DNA of 64,000 nucleotides from a virus, in the IMG/VR virus record IMGVR_UViG_3300010354_000075, positions 3,306 to 67,305 of that record, one strand, 5' to 3'. Made by a program: the position numbers and the translations under genes. Of the stretch, positions 28,402 through 43,400 are shown piece by piece. A model generated the notes under the pieces. It did not search any database and was not told the origin of the DNA. It saw only the letters and a program-made list of their open reading frames with translations. Numbering within the stretch: the stretch's first letter is position 1; every line of letters starts with the position of its first letter.

Positions 28402-31400
28402 TTAATCGAGCTCCAGAGGTTCTTCGCCGTCTACAGTTATAGATTCGCCAGTATCTGTTAATAATACATATTGATATTTATCAGCAAAGTATTGTGGCCA
28501 AACTGCCTCGGTATTTTTAAGGAAATTAGCTACAGGATTGTCAGAATCTGATAAACTAACTGTAGTAAATCCTGAACTTGCTCCGATGCCAGTATATGTA
28601 TATCCTAAAATACTAGCAGAACTATCATCAGAAATATCTGTTACTGTGATTACTATATCATTTTCTGGCGTAGTACCCCCTAAACGAGAACCTAATATAA
28701 TTAACACATCGCCTACAGAATAGTTTATGCCCCCTCTACGCAGAGTTAGTGTGTAAGTTGGGCCGTTTTTAATTACATCAAACACTGCTCCGCCACTGCC
28801 AGCCTGGATATTTCTGAATACCTTAGCAGGCGGAGCAGAATCTTCCCAAACTCTGCCCACTTTCTTTATCACTGTAATCTTAACATTTTCGGCTACTTCA
28901 TTAGTTAATCTAACTTGTTCCGTACCATCAACACTAAATTCTGCTTCATACTGATTGTCTCCTTCTGGACTATCTGGGTATTGATTAGTTTCATCGAATA
29001 AACTATAAGGATTTTTCTTTAAACGATATCCACCTACAAATACTTCAATTTCATCGCTTCTACCGTAAGTAGAAGGTATAGTATCTGTGTACCAATCTAC
29101 ATCTACCTTAGTAGGAGCATAACTTAATCTAATATTTTTAGTACTACCATCGCCTATACTAGATTCGACTATAAACTCGTCGTTGTATGGTATCGTTTCT
29201 GTTGGTCCAATATCCAACACCACAGATGTAACTCTATGTATTGCCGGACTACCTGTACCTAATGTTGCTCTGCGTAATTGTCCTAAAACATTACCGTTTT
29301 TAGTTAGATACTCGATTCGTTCTCCATTTATTTCTACAATACCTGGCAAATTCAATGCTCTATTAGGTTCAGTTAGCATGGATCCATTTTCTACTTCTAT
29401 AGTTAAATCACGCTGTTTAAGATCTTTAACTAATCGTGTAGATTTGTTTTTGCTAATTCTCTTATAATGTGTTCTATTCAACATATCCTTAAACTGCATA
29501 AATCCGAAGCTGTTTGTAACGTTCTTGTCCCCGAATAAAATAACATCAATTACATCAGAATCTTCGAACGCATCTTTAAATTTAATTGTTCTATGATCGT
29601 CATCTAGATAATAATCCACACTGTGAACTAAAAGCTCTCTATTTTTAGCTACCCAGATATAATCATCACTTTGTGCTAATCTAAACAATCTTAAACTACC
29701 ACCTTTTATACTATGATATTGATAGTAAGAAGCACTACCTGGAACTAATGTAGAACTTATACTAAAATATTCTCTAGTTCTAACAATATTCTGTACTGAA
29801 TGATTAAAGAACGTAATAACATCAACATTTCCAGATGGTGCTGTATCAAAAATAATGTTATTACCGCTAATTGTATAATCAGTGTCTTCAAATCTAGTTA
29901 AAGTTAAAATACCTTGATCTACATATACAAAGTCTCTAATTTCAATAGTCAAATTAGTATTATTAATAACATAATCTAATGAAGATAACAATTCGCCATC
30001 AATATACACTTTAATAGTGCTAGGATCTAAACTAAATGGCAGAGTTTTAAAATCTGCTATTTCATATACATATTCGTTATCACTCATTCTCCAATATATA
30101 GATTCAGCTGGTCTTAACAAATTACCATTAGCAATAACTAAAATATAATTTTCGTATGGTTTAGAATTATCTGTTGGCACAGTTCCTAAACTGAACGAAG
30201 TAGTAGACCCATCGGCAGCAATAGGAGTCGAATTAATTAACGACAATGATGTATTAGCATCGGCTGTCATGATGTAATTAATAATAGCATCCTGCTCTGG
30301 AGGGTCTGGAAATCTTATACCTACAAACCCAGTAGTTTCATATGATTCATCTGTTCTAAACAATTCGTAGATAACAGGTTGATTATTCACTAATACTACA
30401 GATCCTAGTCTGTCTATACTTTGTTCAAATACATCATCAGTATATAATTGCGGCCATGGAGCATTAGTAATATAATCACTAGTACTACCATCTGCTACAA
30501 AGAAGTTGGAATCTAAAAGATTATCTGAAGCCACACCAAAACATGTTACATTTAATATCTTCTTATTAGCAGGAGCTACTGTTAATATTATTTTTCGTGA
30601 TTGCCAATCTAATGTGTAGTCTGTTCCTAATTTTAAGATTTGGTTATCTAAGTTTACAAATACTCCATTTTCCCCATTAGGAAATTGTGAAATATCAAAC
30701 TGGTCCAATACACCATCACAGATATAATTTTTAGAAATTATTCTTGACGATCCAGAAACTGGTAAACGGAAAACTTTGATATTCAATGTATCAGTAATAT
30801 GTCCAGGAACTATTTCCTCTGGAGCATGACTAGTTTCAGGAGTTATAAATCTGCCGCCACCTTCTACTAATATATCGTCTGGGGCAAATCCTGTAGCAGT
30901 TGTATAACTTAAATTACCGCCTTGTAATTGTGTATCAAAATTCTTTGGATCAGGATTAATACTACCATCACTTGTGCTCTTACGGAAGATTATTTTATCC
31001 CCAGCATTGATATCCAAAGGAACTATGCTAGTTAAATTAGGTAACTCTATTGTTTTACTTAATCCATCACCTGTCCACGTTTGCATTACTCTGCCTTCAG
31101 GAGCACTTGTTCTACCGTTAGGTTGAACTGTAATACCGTCATAACTATCATAATACTCGTCATCTATTCTTACACCGTTTACATAAACATTAATCTGTTC
31201 ACCGGCTGTAGGAACATAAGGCAAATCAAACACATATGTACTGTCGCTTACCGAAACAATATAGTCAGTAAATCCTACATCGTATCCGTCCCACCCTTCA
31301 CTGAACCAAGGTTGACTGTCCCAACCACCGCCAAGACTTAGTCCTAAACCACTAACAATTACACCACCATAATCTATACCTGTCATTAACTGGGCCAAAT

Positions 31401-34400
31401 CTTTACCTAATTGGCCAGTTTGAGGATTATAATAAAAGTTAATTCGATCGGCAGCATTTAGATGTTCAAAATTCTTATCGTAAGTTATTTGTACTTGATC
31501 GCCAATAGCCGGTGCTGTTTCTAAAGTAAGAACTCCGTAATAACTGGTAAATCCTTTCGTAGTAGATTTTTTAATTGAAAGAGAATAATTGTCTCTTAAT
31601 ATTTCATTGTCATTTATTTTAACTAAAGTATTTCCTATAGTTAAAACAGGACTAAATCTTAAAGCAAATTGTTTTCTACTACCTGTTCCGACAAATGTTT
31701 CGACTTGTGTTAATTCAGTAACAAAATAATTTCTTGAATTTCTATCAAACTTAATCAAGGTTTTATTAGATCTTACCACATTATTTTTCAATACAGCATA
31801 TGCTTTAGCATGATAATTTTCAACAGTCGAATCTAATCCGCCTTCGAATACAACTCTAGGAGCAGTTAGATACCCAGAACCCTCTGTTCTTAAAACTATT
31901 CTGGAAACTTTACCATTAGTAATATATGCTCTAGCAGTAGCTTGTACTGCGTTACTGTTATATAAATTGTAAAATTTAGGAGGTGTTCCTTTGCCGTTAG
32001 ACGCATCATTTCTGTCTTGAGGAGCACTATCGCCAAAATATGTTGGGCCTATAACATACGGATAAACTGGCGTACCTGCGCTGTTAGTAGTAACAAAATA
32101 AGCGTAGGTACCGTTAGGGTAATCTGGTGTTATACAATATCTACCGTTGTGTTTATCTAATGTACCATCTCCAGAATATTCATAATCCTGAATGAACATT
32201 CCCATAGGATATGTAGTTAAATCTTGTAAAAATCCAGTACGATAAGATGAATTTTTTAACCCGTAACTACTGGTCATTCTATCAACTCCGCTATTAGGAT
32301 CAGTAGCTACATTATACCCATTAGGACCGTAGATAGGATACCCGTCTAAAGCAAATCCTAAAATTTTACTATGTCCATCGGCGTGTTCTAAACCATTTCT
32401 CAGATAAGGTATTTCTAAAGCATCTATCTTATCGACATCGGCTAAATCGTTACCGATACCAGATAACCACGCATCCAAAAAGCTAGAATCCCTATACGAA
32501 TATTGTCCATCTTCAGTAACTAATCCTCCGGCCCTATCATGTCCAAAATTTAATTCTAAAATTTCACTAGTAGAATATGCGGCATTATAATTGTAATCTG
32601 TTTGTGAATCGTATCCTTCTGGTGTAGCTGTACCTGCGCTAGGATTAAAGATAGCAACTCCATTCAACCAATATCCTATTATACCTTCAGGAATTTCTGC
32701 GTGGGGTCCGGCAGCATAACTACCTCCCCTTAAAGGAATTACCTGGTTATAACTTTGATCAACAGCCACATTATTTGCTTCTTGAGTACCATGACTATGA
32801 TATGGCAATCCTGTAGCAGTAATTTTTAAGGTTCCTTCTTGTAACAACCATACACTGTTAGGACCATCAAAATTTGATTTTAGTTCGTTGGTCGACGTTA
32901 CTAATCCGTAGTCGTCTACAATTTTAACTGTAGGAGGATCGATATACCCTTTACCTCCATCAAATAATTCAATTGTTTGAATAGAATAAGCAGCATTATC
33001 GTACCAATGTTTCCATGGATATTCTAACAATTGGAAGGCAGAGGAACCTAAAGCATAATTTTCATTTAGTACAACTGTTAACGGATGAACTTTAAAATCT
33101 TCGTTAATTATTGGTGGTAAATCAAAATCAGTTACAGATAGAGCAGCGTTATCTAGTCTAGTATATCCACTAACATATTCTCTAACTTTAGTTCTAAAAG
33201 GTTTTACCTCATTAATATAACTTTCAAAGTCTTGTAAATTATCACTGTTGTAATTTACTTTTTGCTTTAATTCCCCAGCATTATGTGTAGCTTTTACAAA
33301 GCTAGTTTTCATTATCCAATCCAAGAATGGCTGTTCTGATAATGCATATCTCATGCTCGAGAAAAATAGCTTCAAATAATCTGCTCTTAAATTATCAATT
33401 AAAATTTTGTTTTTAATAGTATCCAATATTATACTCAACTCAGCACTTGGAACACTATCATACTGTCCGGCATCATATAATAACGCATCAAATCCTTGCT
33501 CTTTACCTTTAAAATTATAAAGATTATCTAAAAACTTTATCGTGCCATTTTGTCTGCCTATAACTTTAAAGTTTTGTGTAAAGTCTGTAGTAATGATGTC
33601 ATTTATTTTTAAAAATAATGTCCACCCTCCAGTTCCTACATTGCTTACTTTAATAATTTGACCGATAAAAGATTCTAACGAAGCCAGTTCATTGGTATTA
33701 GCTACTACATGATTAAATTTAGTGAATTGATCATATCCAGTATCGTACCAGTCAATATAACTCCAATAAGTTGTTACATTATAACTTTGTGCTTTTTGTT
33801 TAGTCCAATCTCTGTTTGCTCTATTATAGTGATAGATGGCCCATTTATCATAGCTCTCACTATCGCTTAACACTAATACACTATAAGGTCTAACATTTAT
33901 AAAAGTATCTGCTTTGTAACCAAATCCAGGATTTACGATGTCTACAGTATCTACTCCGCCTGTAGCATTTAAATTAATTTTTATTTCGGCATTTCTTCCC
34001 TTACCAGTAATAATAGATGTAGGAGAATTAATATACCCTTTACCCCTTTGTACTATTTGAACTTCTGTTAATTTTCCATCAACTATTACTGGTGTTAGTT
34101 TAATCTGCTCTAACTGGCTAGTTCCTACAAATCTAAATTCAGGATATGTATCAATAGCAATATCCCATTGTCCACTTACAGCACTTGGAGGTTCTTCTAA
34201 TTTAGTTAGAGGTGTTAAATCAAACTCGTCAACAATTAAATTATTCTTTAATATAGAATTTACACGTTCGATAAATTGCTTCAACGCTTCGATTCTATTA
34301 ATGAACATACTTTGTCTTGGTCTATTTTCAATACCAAATCTTTGTTTTATAGGAAGTTTAAGATCAGGTACAGTACGTCCATTTTTATCTACGCCTTGTA

Positions 34401-37400
34401 AGCTATCTATCCATTTTTGTTCAATCTCATAAGGTAAAATAGTATTTGGATGTTCGCTAATAATTTTCCATTGAGAATGAGAATTATTTTCTTTATTTTC
34501 AACTGTCCAATATTGTACACTTAATACAACATCTTTGTCTTTTAGATAGCTATCTACATTAACAAGACCAAAACTGTCTGGCGATAACAATACCAAGCAT
34601 GGATATCCAAAACTTCTAGGATCTGCTATTAATCTAGAGATAGCTTCCGCAGCTAACATTCTGCCTTCCTTATTAGGAACTATTGTAGTATTTTTTACCC
34701 AATAGTAATAAGTGTTAACAAATGTTTTGCTTACAGTATCGTATTTTTTCTTAATACTATATACACTATCACCATACTTGGATTTTCCGCTTAAACCTTG
34801 AATTAATCCTTTTTCGGTATCGGCAATCTTATCTCGTTCTGACGGAAGTAGTTTGGATTCTACCCACTCATAGATATCAATACTGCCGGTTTCATATAAG
34901 GTATTCCAGTTTGTTGATCTGTAAACAATCTCTCCGCCTTGATTTTCTATAAATTTTGCTTTTGTTAAATCCCACCATAACATACCAGTATAGGTATTAG
35001 TCCATGCCATGCCATCGTCGACAGTTACTAGTTCGTTACCGACTGAATAAGTAGCCGGATCATAATAAGTTTTAAATTTAATTTCTTGATCAGCTATGCC
35101 TGGTATTTTTCCTTGAATAGGATCAATAACATCAAGATACTTAACTAATAAATTTTCTCGTCTATTATATAAAAACGCTTTTTTAATTTGATAGACATTA
35201 GGTCTAGCTCTTTCGTAGTGTACAACACTCCAGCTAAATTTTCCTGAAGGTTTTCTATAAGCATATACTATTCCAGCATCTGGAAAATCCTGATTTTCTT
35301 CTCTAGGAGCAGATACTAAAATATTATTTGATCCTACTGCTATGCTCTTTCCATATCCATCAGATGCTTCATTAATCGAACTAGTAGTTAATGACTCTCC
35401 AAATACATAGTTCGAATTGTATTTGTCGAATACATCTACTCTACCTGTTAAGAACTGTAAATCTACTATTCTCAGCGTAGAATTATCAAATTGTGTAGTC
35501 GAGTTATCGAACGTTGTTTCATTTTTGATATCACTATTGACACTATGTACAACTAAAGTATCAGCGTCATTCATAAATTCTACATAATGACCAAATTTAT
35601 GATTATTACCCGGATCAATACTAACTAGTGTTTGATATGGTGACCAAGATCCTGAATATGCTTCGAATATTTTTACAGATCCTTGTGCGTTATAGGTATC
35701 TGTATATAATGTAGAAGACACAGCGAGATGGCTTCCTGAATCACTTATAGAAACACTTTCGCCAAATCTTTGCTCTAAGTTTAGATTTAGATTCTGAGCT
35801 CCTAAAGAGTCTACAAGTACATAAGCATTGCCATTATATTCATAGGTAAAAATTTTACCTGTGTTATTAAATTGTGCTGTAGTTAATAATCTCCAATCAT
35901 TGGTGTTAAAGGTTCCTGCTACAGAACTATCAAAAGTTTTCTTGTAGCTGTAATAACCAGCAGGATCTACGCCGCCGCCATAATAAACTACATCATTAAC
36001 ATCATATTTTTCTGTTGATCTAAATTTTCCTCTATAATTATTGTAAGTATTTTGATCCGCATAAGGAGCACTAATTACAATTTTAGTTCCGTCGCCACTC
36101 ATGGCTATATCATACCCGAACAAGTCTCCAGGGTTAACTGATTCAACATTTTGATCTTTAACAGGCGATACTATAGCTAGTGTTACAATGCCGCCACCGA
36201 CATATTTGTATAAAGGATCTTCCAACCCTCCTAGGTATGGAGGAGATGGTAAAAATCTTGGGAACGGACAAACTATAACAGTTTGTGTAGTAGAAGAACT
36301 ATAAACTAACCAGTCTCCATTATATACATTAGGATTACAATTTCTAATTTCTATATATTGCCCTGCTGTAAATGGGGCACTTGGTCTGGTCGCATATGTA
36401 ATTGTTGCTCTTCTAAACTTTACAGTTCCTGTGGTAGCTGGAAAATTAGGTGTAATATTTGTGATGACTATCGGTGTAACATCTGCCACATTAGAAACTA
36501 CTTCCTGAGGAAAATATCCTAAAATGTTTGTTTCTTCTAAAATTTGCCAACCGCTAGCATTTGTTTCAAAAGTATTAGGATCTTGGAGAGTTATACATTC
36601 GTATAGTTCATAGTTATAAAAAACAACATCCCCTGGATAGTATTGTCTAGAAGGACTGAATATACCTGTGTATGATCTACGATAATCCATATGCCAATTA
36701 GACTGACTACTGTCCTCTTCTAATTCAGCATATCTAAACATATAGACTCTGCCCTGATTATCATTATATCCGGGGCTAGTTATAGACAATACATATTCAT
36801 TTCCGTTTTGAGCAAATACCATCTTAGAGCCAAATAATTCTCCTGCTGTTGGATTAGGGCTTACAAATGACTGAAATAAATTGTACGATCCGCCTGGAGT
36901 TCTAGCATAAAGATTTACATATCCCTGATTTAGATTAGAATTATTTGGTTTATATTCTTCGGTAGTAACAAGATATGCTGGCGCCCAGTCTTGAGAAAAT
37001 ATATCAATAGATGATAAATCGTTTGACACAGCACTACGTCTAGCACTAAAATGTGTATTCCTTACCTGTACAATATCTCCGAAGGCATATGAATTACTAT
37101 TATAAAAATCACCTTTCCAGTTCGATCTAATATTAGAAGCAGTAGGTGCTGCTATAGCCATCCACTTGCCGTCTGCGCTAAATGCTACTTCTGCTCCAAA
37201 GCCTAGATTGTCAGTACTAGCTAATTTTAAGTTAGGTGTTATCAGTTGTTGTTGTAACCAAACATCATACGTATCCGACACTGGGCCTTTTTCATAAATG
37301 TAAACTTCATTATTAGCAGTAGATACAGCTAGAATATTACCGTTCTTATTAATTGCTACTTTTGTTCCAAATTTTACTTCTAGTAATGGTTCTTTATTTT

Positions 37401-40400
37401 CTAATATAAATCTATTATAAATTTTTTCATTAGAATATACAGTATAAGGAATTGCGCCATTATAAGATAAATTTTTACTTCCTACATCTGCCCATAACAG
37501 TTCTTTATTTTTAATATAAGGAGGTAAAATTTCATTCGCATTATCAATATTATCTACTCTACTGGAAATAAACTTGTAAGTTAAAATTTCAGAACTATCA
37601 ACAAATGGTGGCTTCCAATCTTTAATAACTTTTTCGATGGTAATTTTTCTGGATTGAACAGAACTAACTATATGGAATCCTTTAATTTTTTCGGAATGTA
37701 TAATTCCGATAATATCTCCTTTTTCAATGTTAGGAAATATATCACATTGTAATGTAATAATTCCATCGCTATATTCTACATCCTCGATAGAAAATGTATT
37801 TTTTGTAAATCTATATACATTCCAGTCCCTATTTTCAAACGCTGTCCATACATAATCCCCTTCTTGAAAATCATCAATATCTAAATTAATAATTTCATTA
37901 AGAGTATCTACATTTACTTTAACATCCTCATATCTTACATAACCTGGAGATCTTAAAAAACGTTTTGTTCCTAAGGTTGGCCAAGGGGAATTCTTATATC
38001 CTAAAGGTTTTAGATAAACATCCCCAAGTGCGATTCTATAAATTAAATCTGTGTTGATATTTTCAACAGTGTTTACTAGTTGTATAGGCTGTGGGTTTAA
38101 TTTAAATTTAGATTCGTCTAATTTAAATTCAATTTCTTCGAACACAGCACTAGCACCATATTCTCCAACTCTTACAGCCCATTCTTCATTAAATGTAAGA
38201 CTTTCTTGATTATCGGCACTTAGAACGTCAAAAAGCTTGCTCAAAACATTTTGAGTGCCTTTTTCTATTATCATACCTTGATAGAACTTATATTGACTTA
38301 CATCGTCCTTTATAATATTTTCTAAGTACTGTCTATTTTGATAACCAATAAGATGCTGTGCTAATCTTTGTTGCTCGCTGTCAAAGTTATCGGTATCTAA
38401 ATCATAAAAATCTGTAAATTGTTCAGACCTATAATCCCAGTTAGGAATAAGTGTAGGTACAGGTTTTTCTCTTAGTAGTACCCACTCATCTGATTTAAAA
38501 TTTTCTCCGCCGACTACAAATTGTTTAGCACTGTAAAAATACTCTTTATGCTTTACAATATCTCCGAGATTATAATCAGTCCAAGGAGTAAAATCATTAA
38601 TAAACGCTTTGTCAAAAATAAATCCTGGGATATCAAATCCGCCATTCCAATCAGTTGTCTTATAACCAATTACTTTAACTCGTTCCTGCCTATATCCTGG
38701 TTCTTGATCATATATAACATCATTAAACAACGTTGTATTATCTAATAATAACACATGTTCTTTTTGTACAAGATAGAATGTTCCTCCATAGATACCATAT
38801 GCTGTATTTTCTGGAATTATTGAAAACTCATTTCCCGACCTGAATGTGCTTACAAATTCTGCTCCTAGTAATTGACCGTCTACTCTAAAAACTTTATATC
38901 CGTAAAACGGATTTCGTATATCATCTACTACAGCTAAATCATTTCTGATGATTAGTTTTACTGCTGCTGGGCTTAAAGATAGCGCAGACCCTTCGCCCCA
39001 ATTTTGTGTAGTCCAGAACAAAAATTCATTTACGCTAGTTTCCCAATTAGTTACAGCTTTAATTGTAGGATTATACTGGTCAAAAACAAATCCCTGTTCT
39101 TCTAAGTAAGCACCGTATCCTTGTAGAAAATCTACAACCTCCTGAATAGTTTTTAGTCTGGTTCCGTAAGATAAAAATAACTCTTGGTTCTTTACAAAAC
39201 TTTTTCTTAATATAGCTTCAGCACCACCTATCATTGGTAAGCCAGGTAATTTAGTAAACAATGTTTCATCAAAATTATCTCCAGATTGATGAGTGACATT
39301 TGTTCTGTAATATCTATTGCTATATAAAACTACTTTACCTGCTACATAAGTTTTATTTGTGTCCCAACTTGTAAAACTTTCTGATATTCCTCCTATTCTT
39401 ATTACTCTATCATTTTGTCTGAATGGATAGTAGGTAAAGAAGGGTTCGTCAAAATTATAACCTCTTAATTCATAACCGTCAGAAAACTTGCTAATCACAA
39501 CTCCACTATACACTAGTTTCTTAATTGGACTAGACACATTTAAGAATATATTGAAATTATCTTCTGGTACAAAAACTCCTCCTGAACTTGTAGGATTCTT
39601 ACTATCTAATAAAATTTTAAATTTATTCTTGCTAGTAAATCCTCCTAGTTTATGAGAAATTTTATTTGTTAAATGCTGTAAATCCTGTTTATATTCGTCA
39701 ATTTTAAAAGTTACATCCGATGTAGCAAAATCAATGATATAATTTACCAATCCTGATGTAAAGACACGAGTTGTATCATTTACTGTTGAAGGTAAAACTA
39801 TATCAGATAATCTTATTCTCAAACTAGTTGGACTGTAAACTAATTGTCCGGTGGCACTTCTAATCTGTCTATTTCTATCAAAACATACAGACAATGTTTG
39901 AGCAGGGTGTAATAAAAGAATAGTTTTAATTAAAGCAAAAGGATAATAGCTACTTCTGCGCCATGCTGTTTCAACAGGACCTTGATCTCCAAATGAATAG
40001 AATCCTTCCGATGTAGACGGTAACGGTCCGGTAACAAAATTTGATTCTAATGGGTTACGTAAATTTCCTAACTCGTCTGTAGGAGAAGTATTCCTTAAAA
40101 TAGGTCTAATAAATTTATCATGTACTTTGGGAGGTTTTCCAGGTTCTCTTATTATACCTTGACTCAGATCGTCCCATAGTAAAAAGTTATCAGATGTATA
40201 TGGAGCAGGACCATAAACTTCCTGCCACCACGTAGGTTCGATACTGAATCCCAAACACTGCCACGGAGTAATGTGTGGACTATCTGTATCAAATATCCAA
40301 TTATATATACCACGCCAAAACGCCTGACTATCTGAACCGTCAGGATAGTAGTTTCCTCGATAATTAAAGGTAAACGGTTCTAGTCTATCCCAGTAAGTTT

Positions 40401-43400
40401 GTTTAGTAAAATCTTCTTTAATTAAGCTTGTCCATTGGAAAAAACTAGGACTTAACACTCGGTCAAATTCTTCTTTAGAATACGCAGTTTTTCTATTGTA
40501 ACCTGGAATATAATTCCAAATATCAAATATTGCCGGATCGTATTTTTGTTTGATATTATTATAAATTCTTAATTCTAGTTCTAATAAGAGATCATCTCTA
40601 TAATCGCCGTAGCACAATGTTATGCTTCCGTCATGACCTTGAATAACTTCCTTAGGTTCTAAGTAGGTGTCATCTAAAAATTTTCTTGGTTTAAATTTAG
40701 GATATAACCCTAACTTTGTAGGTGTCGGTGGACAGAAACTGCCGTCAGTAGAATCGTATTCATATACTTCGATGATATCGTCATCATTAAGTTCGCCTAT
40801 AATATTAAAGAAAACATCGTCGTTACCAAAAACATAATCAACTCCTTCGATTAATTGAATACCATTTCTATAAACATAGACAGCTTGATTACTAAGTCTA
40901 TCTAAATTAAATGTTCTTGATATTGAAAATATTCTTTGAAATCTTCCATCCTCGACAAGATATTCTAATCTAGTATATCCGCTGTACCCGAACATATCTG
41001 AAAAATAATAAGAATGGGTACTAGGTTTATCTTTAAACATAGTTTCAAGAATTAAATCTACGTGTCTACGAGCATCCATGTCGACACCTAAATTTTCTGC
41101 TACAGTTAAAAATGTACGTTTAAATGTAGCATAATCTTCTTGTGCTTCGGTAATAGATTTTACAACGTTGATATCTAACTTAGCCAAATGATATAATGAC
41201 AAATTTAACGGGCAACTATGTTGAACTATTCTAGATCCAAATTCTGTTAAATTGCCTAGATCGCGTAGATTACCATTACCTGGGTAAGTACCTACAAAAT
41301 CAGATATGTTATCGACTACAGAACTAACATGATCAACAACTTCTCCTAATGTAAAAGATTCTAAATTTTTATTAAGAGGGTTGTTTTGAAGATTAATAGG
41401 TATTTCATAAAAACCATTATTGTTTTTAGATTGTTTAGCATAACATTTTAAAGTAACTATATCAGACAATGTAACATCATTATCTAACACAACTATAAAT
41501 CTTACTACACCTCTTTCTACTGTAAATTTTTCTCTATTAAGACGTTTACCATTAACGTACACTCTAACTTCTAAATCAGATAGATCATCTGTGTTATCAT
41601 ACACATCAACAGGAAAATTATTAACTAATCCTGATTCTTTGAAAATTCTTACTATTGGTTGAACATTTTTAATTTCTGATTTTTTCCACCCGTTAACATA
41701 ATTCCATGTGTCTAAACCAGTAATCTTTTTAAGAAATCCTATATCAGTTCTTTTACTATTAATCGAATTTCCATTTTTATAATTAAAAGACTCTTGTAAT
41801 AAATTAAAATTAAAAACTATATCGCCGACATTATTAATATTTTTGTAAGAAAGAGGAAATCCTAAAATTTTATCTTTGGATCCATTTCCCTGTTTGTAGC
41901 TAAAGATTTGATTACCATTAAAAGTAGACCCGTCATACGCAGTAACATCGCCATAACTATTGCCATCATGATCAAATACATCAAAGAAAATAGGCTGGTT
42001 AACTCTAGATTTAGATTGCGCCAATTTCCAATTCGATCCATCATACCAATACATAGAACCTTTGCTTGTATTACCGCCTCTTACTAATACTGTTTCATAA
42101 AGCAAAGGTGTAGTATCTGGTTCTTCTACTAAATTAATTTGTTTACGTTTGCCAAGAAAAACTTCAAATTTATGAGTATTAGCTCCCCTATTTAGGATGT
42201 CGACCTGCCTTGTTAATGCGCTATCAAAAAATAATTTAATTTGTGTAGCACTTACTACAAAAACATAGTATTGTTGTCTGTTGCTTAACCCACCGATATC
42301 ATTATTACCGTTGTTTAAATATGTAACTTGAACGCCGGTATTTAAAAAATGTTCCGAAGCAAATGTTATAACATCCGAATTAGGATTTACTGTAGCATCA
42401 GCTACGAATTCTATTTGTCTTTGAGGAACAATTATTTCAATAAAATTTACTTTAAAAATTTTTCCTTTAACTAGTATATCCGGATCGGCTGTAAATAATA
42501 CTCTCATATTAGGAGTAAGACTTACTCCATCGACATTGTATCCCGTACTACCTTCTATAATTGAAAAAACATCTGTAGTAAATGTATCAATCAAATCAAT
42601 ATCTTTTTTGGCCTGATGACCAAAATTATACAATTTAATATCAGCTTCATATTCTATAATTGGTCTTACAGCTCTTAATGACTGATCAACATCTGGAATT
42701 TTTCCGTTAAGTTCTGCTGAAACTTTAATAACATCTTCATGGAACCATCTATTATATCTACTCCATGGGTTTCTATCTTTAGATCCACGAGCCATTACAA
42801 TATAATCATTATCTCTAGGATAAGCACTGGCTACACTGAAAGGATCGTTATCGAATCCTGTATCATCAAATAATAATTCTGATTCTTGAGTATATGTACT
42901 AATAATTTCCAAAGCTGATTCTGGTATTAAAGTGATAGAAGTTCCCACACCGTCTACATACCAATTTCCATCTTTATATTCAGCCGGAGTAATATTACCC
43001 TCAAAATTAAGTTTCATTCCGTTAGAAAGTTTAACTCCCGAAGTTAAAGTATAATCTTTCTTTCCTAGAATATCTTTATCTACATCTAAAAATGTATTTT
43101 CTTCAATGTCTAATATTTGTATTACGCCACCGGCTGTAGGATCTTTTTCATTAACAAAATAAAGTAAATCTGGAGCATCTTTTCTTACTTTAAAAGTTAT
43201 CACTCCTTGCTCTACAGCAAATTTTGATACACCTTTTTTGTATCTGTCAGTATCTCCGCCGACTCTTGACAATTTAAAACTAAAAGGATTACCCGGACTA
43301 TTAATACTAAAGTTATAAGTCTGCCCTCTGAAAAGTCGTATAGTAGGATTTCTAGTCAGTCCGTTAGGCGAAAATACATAAGCGAAATTATCCTCTTCAT

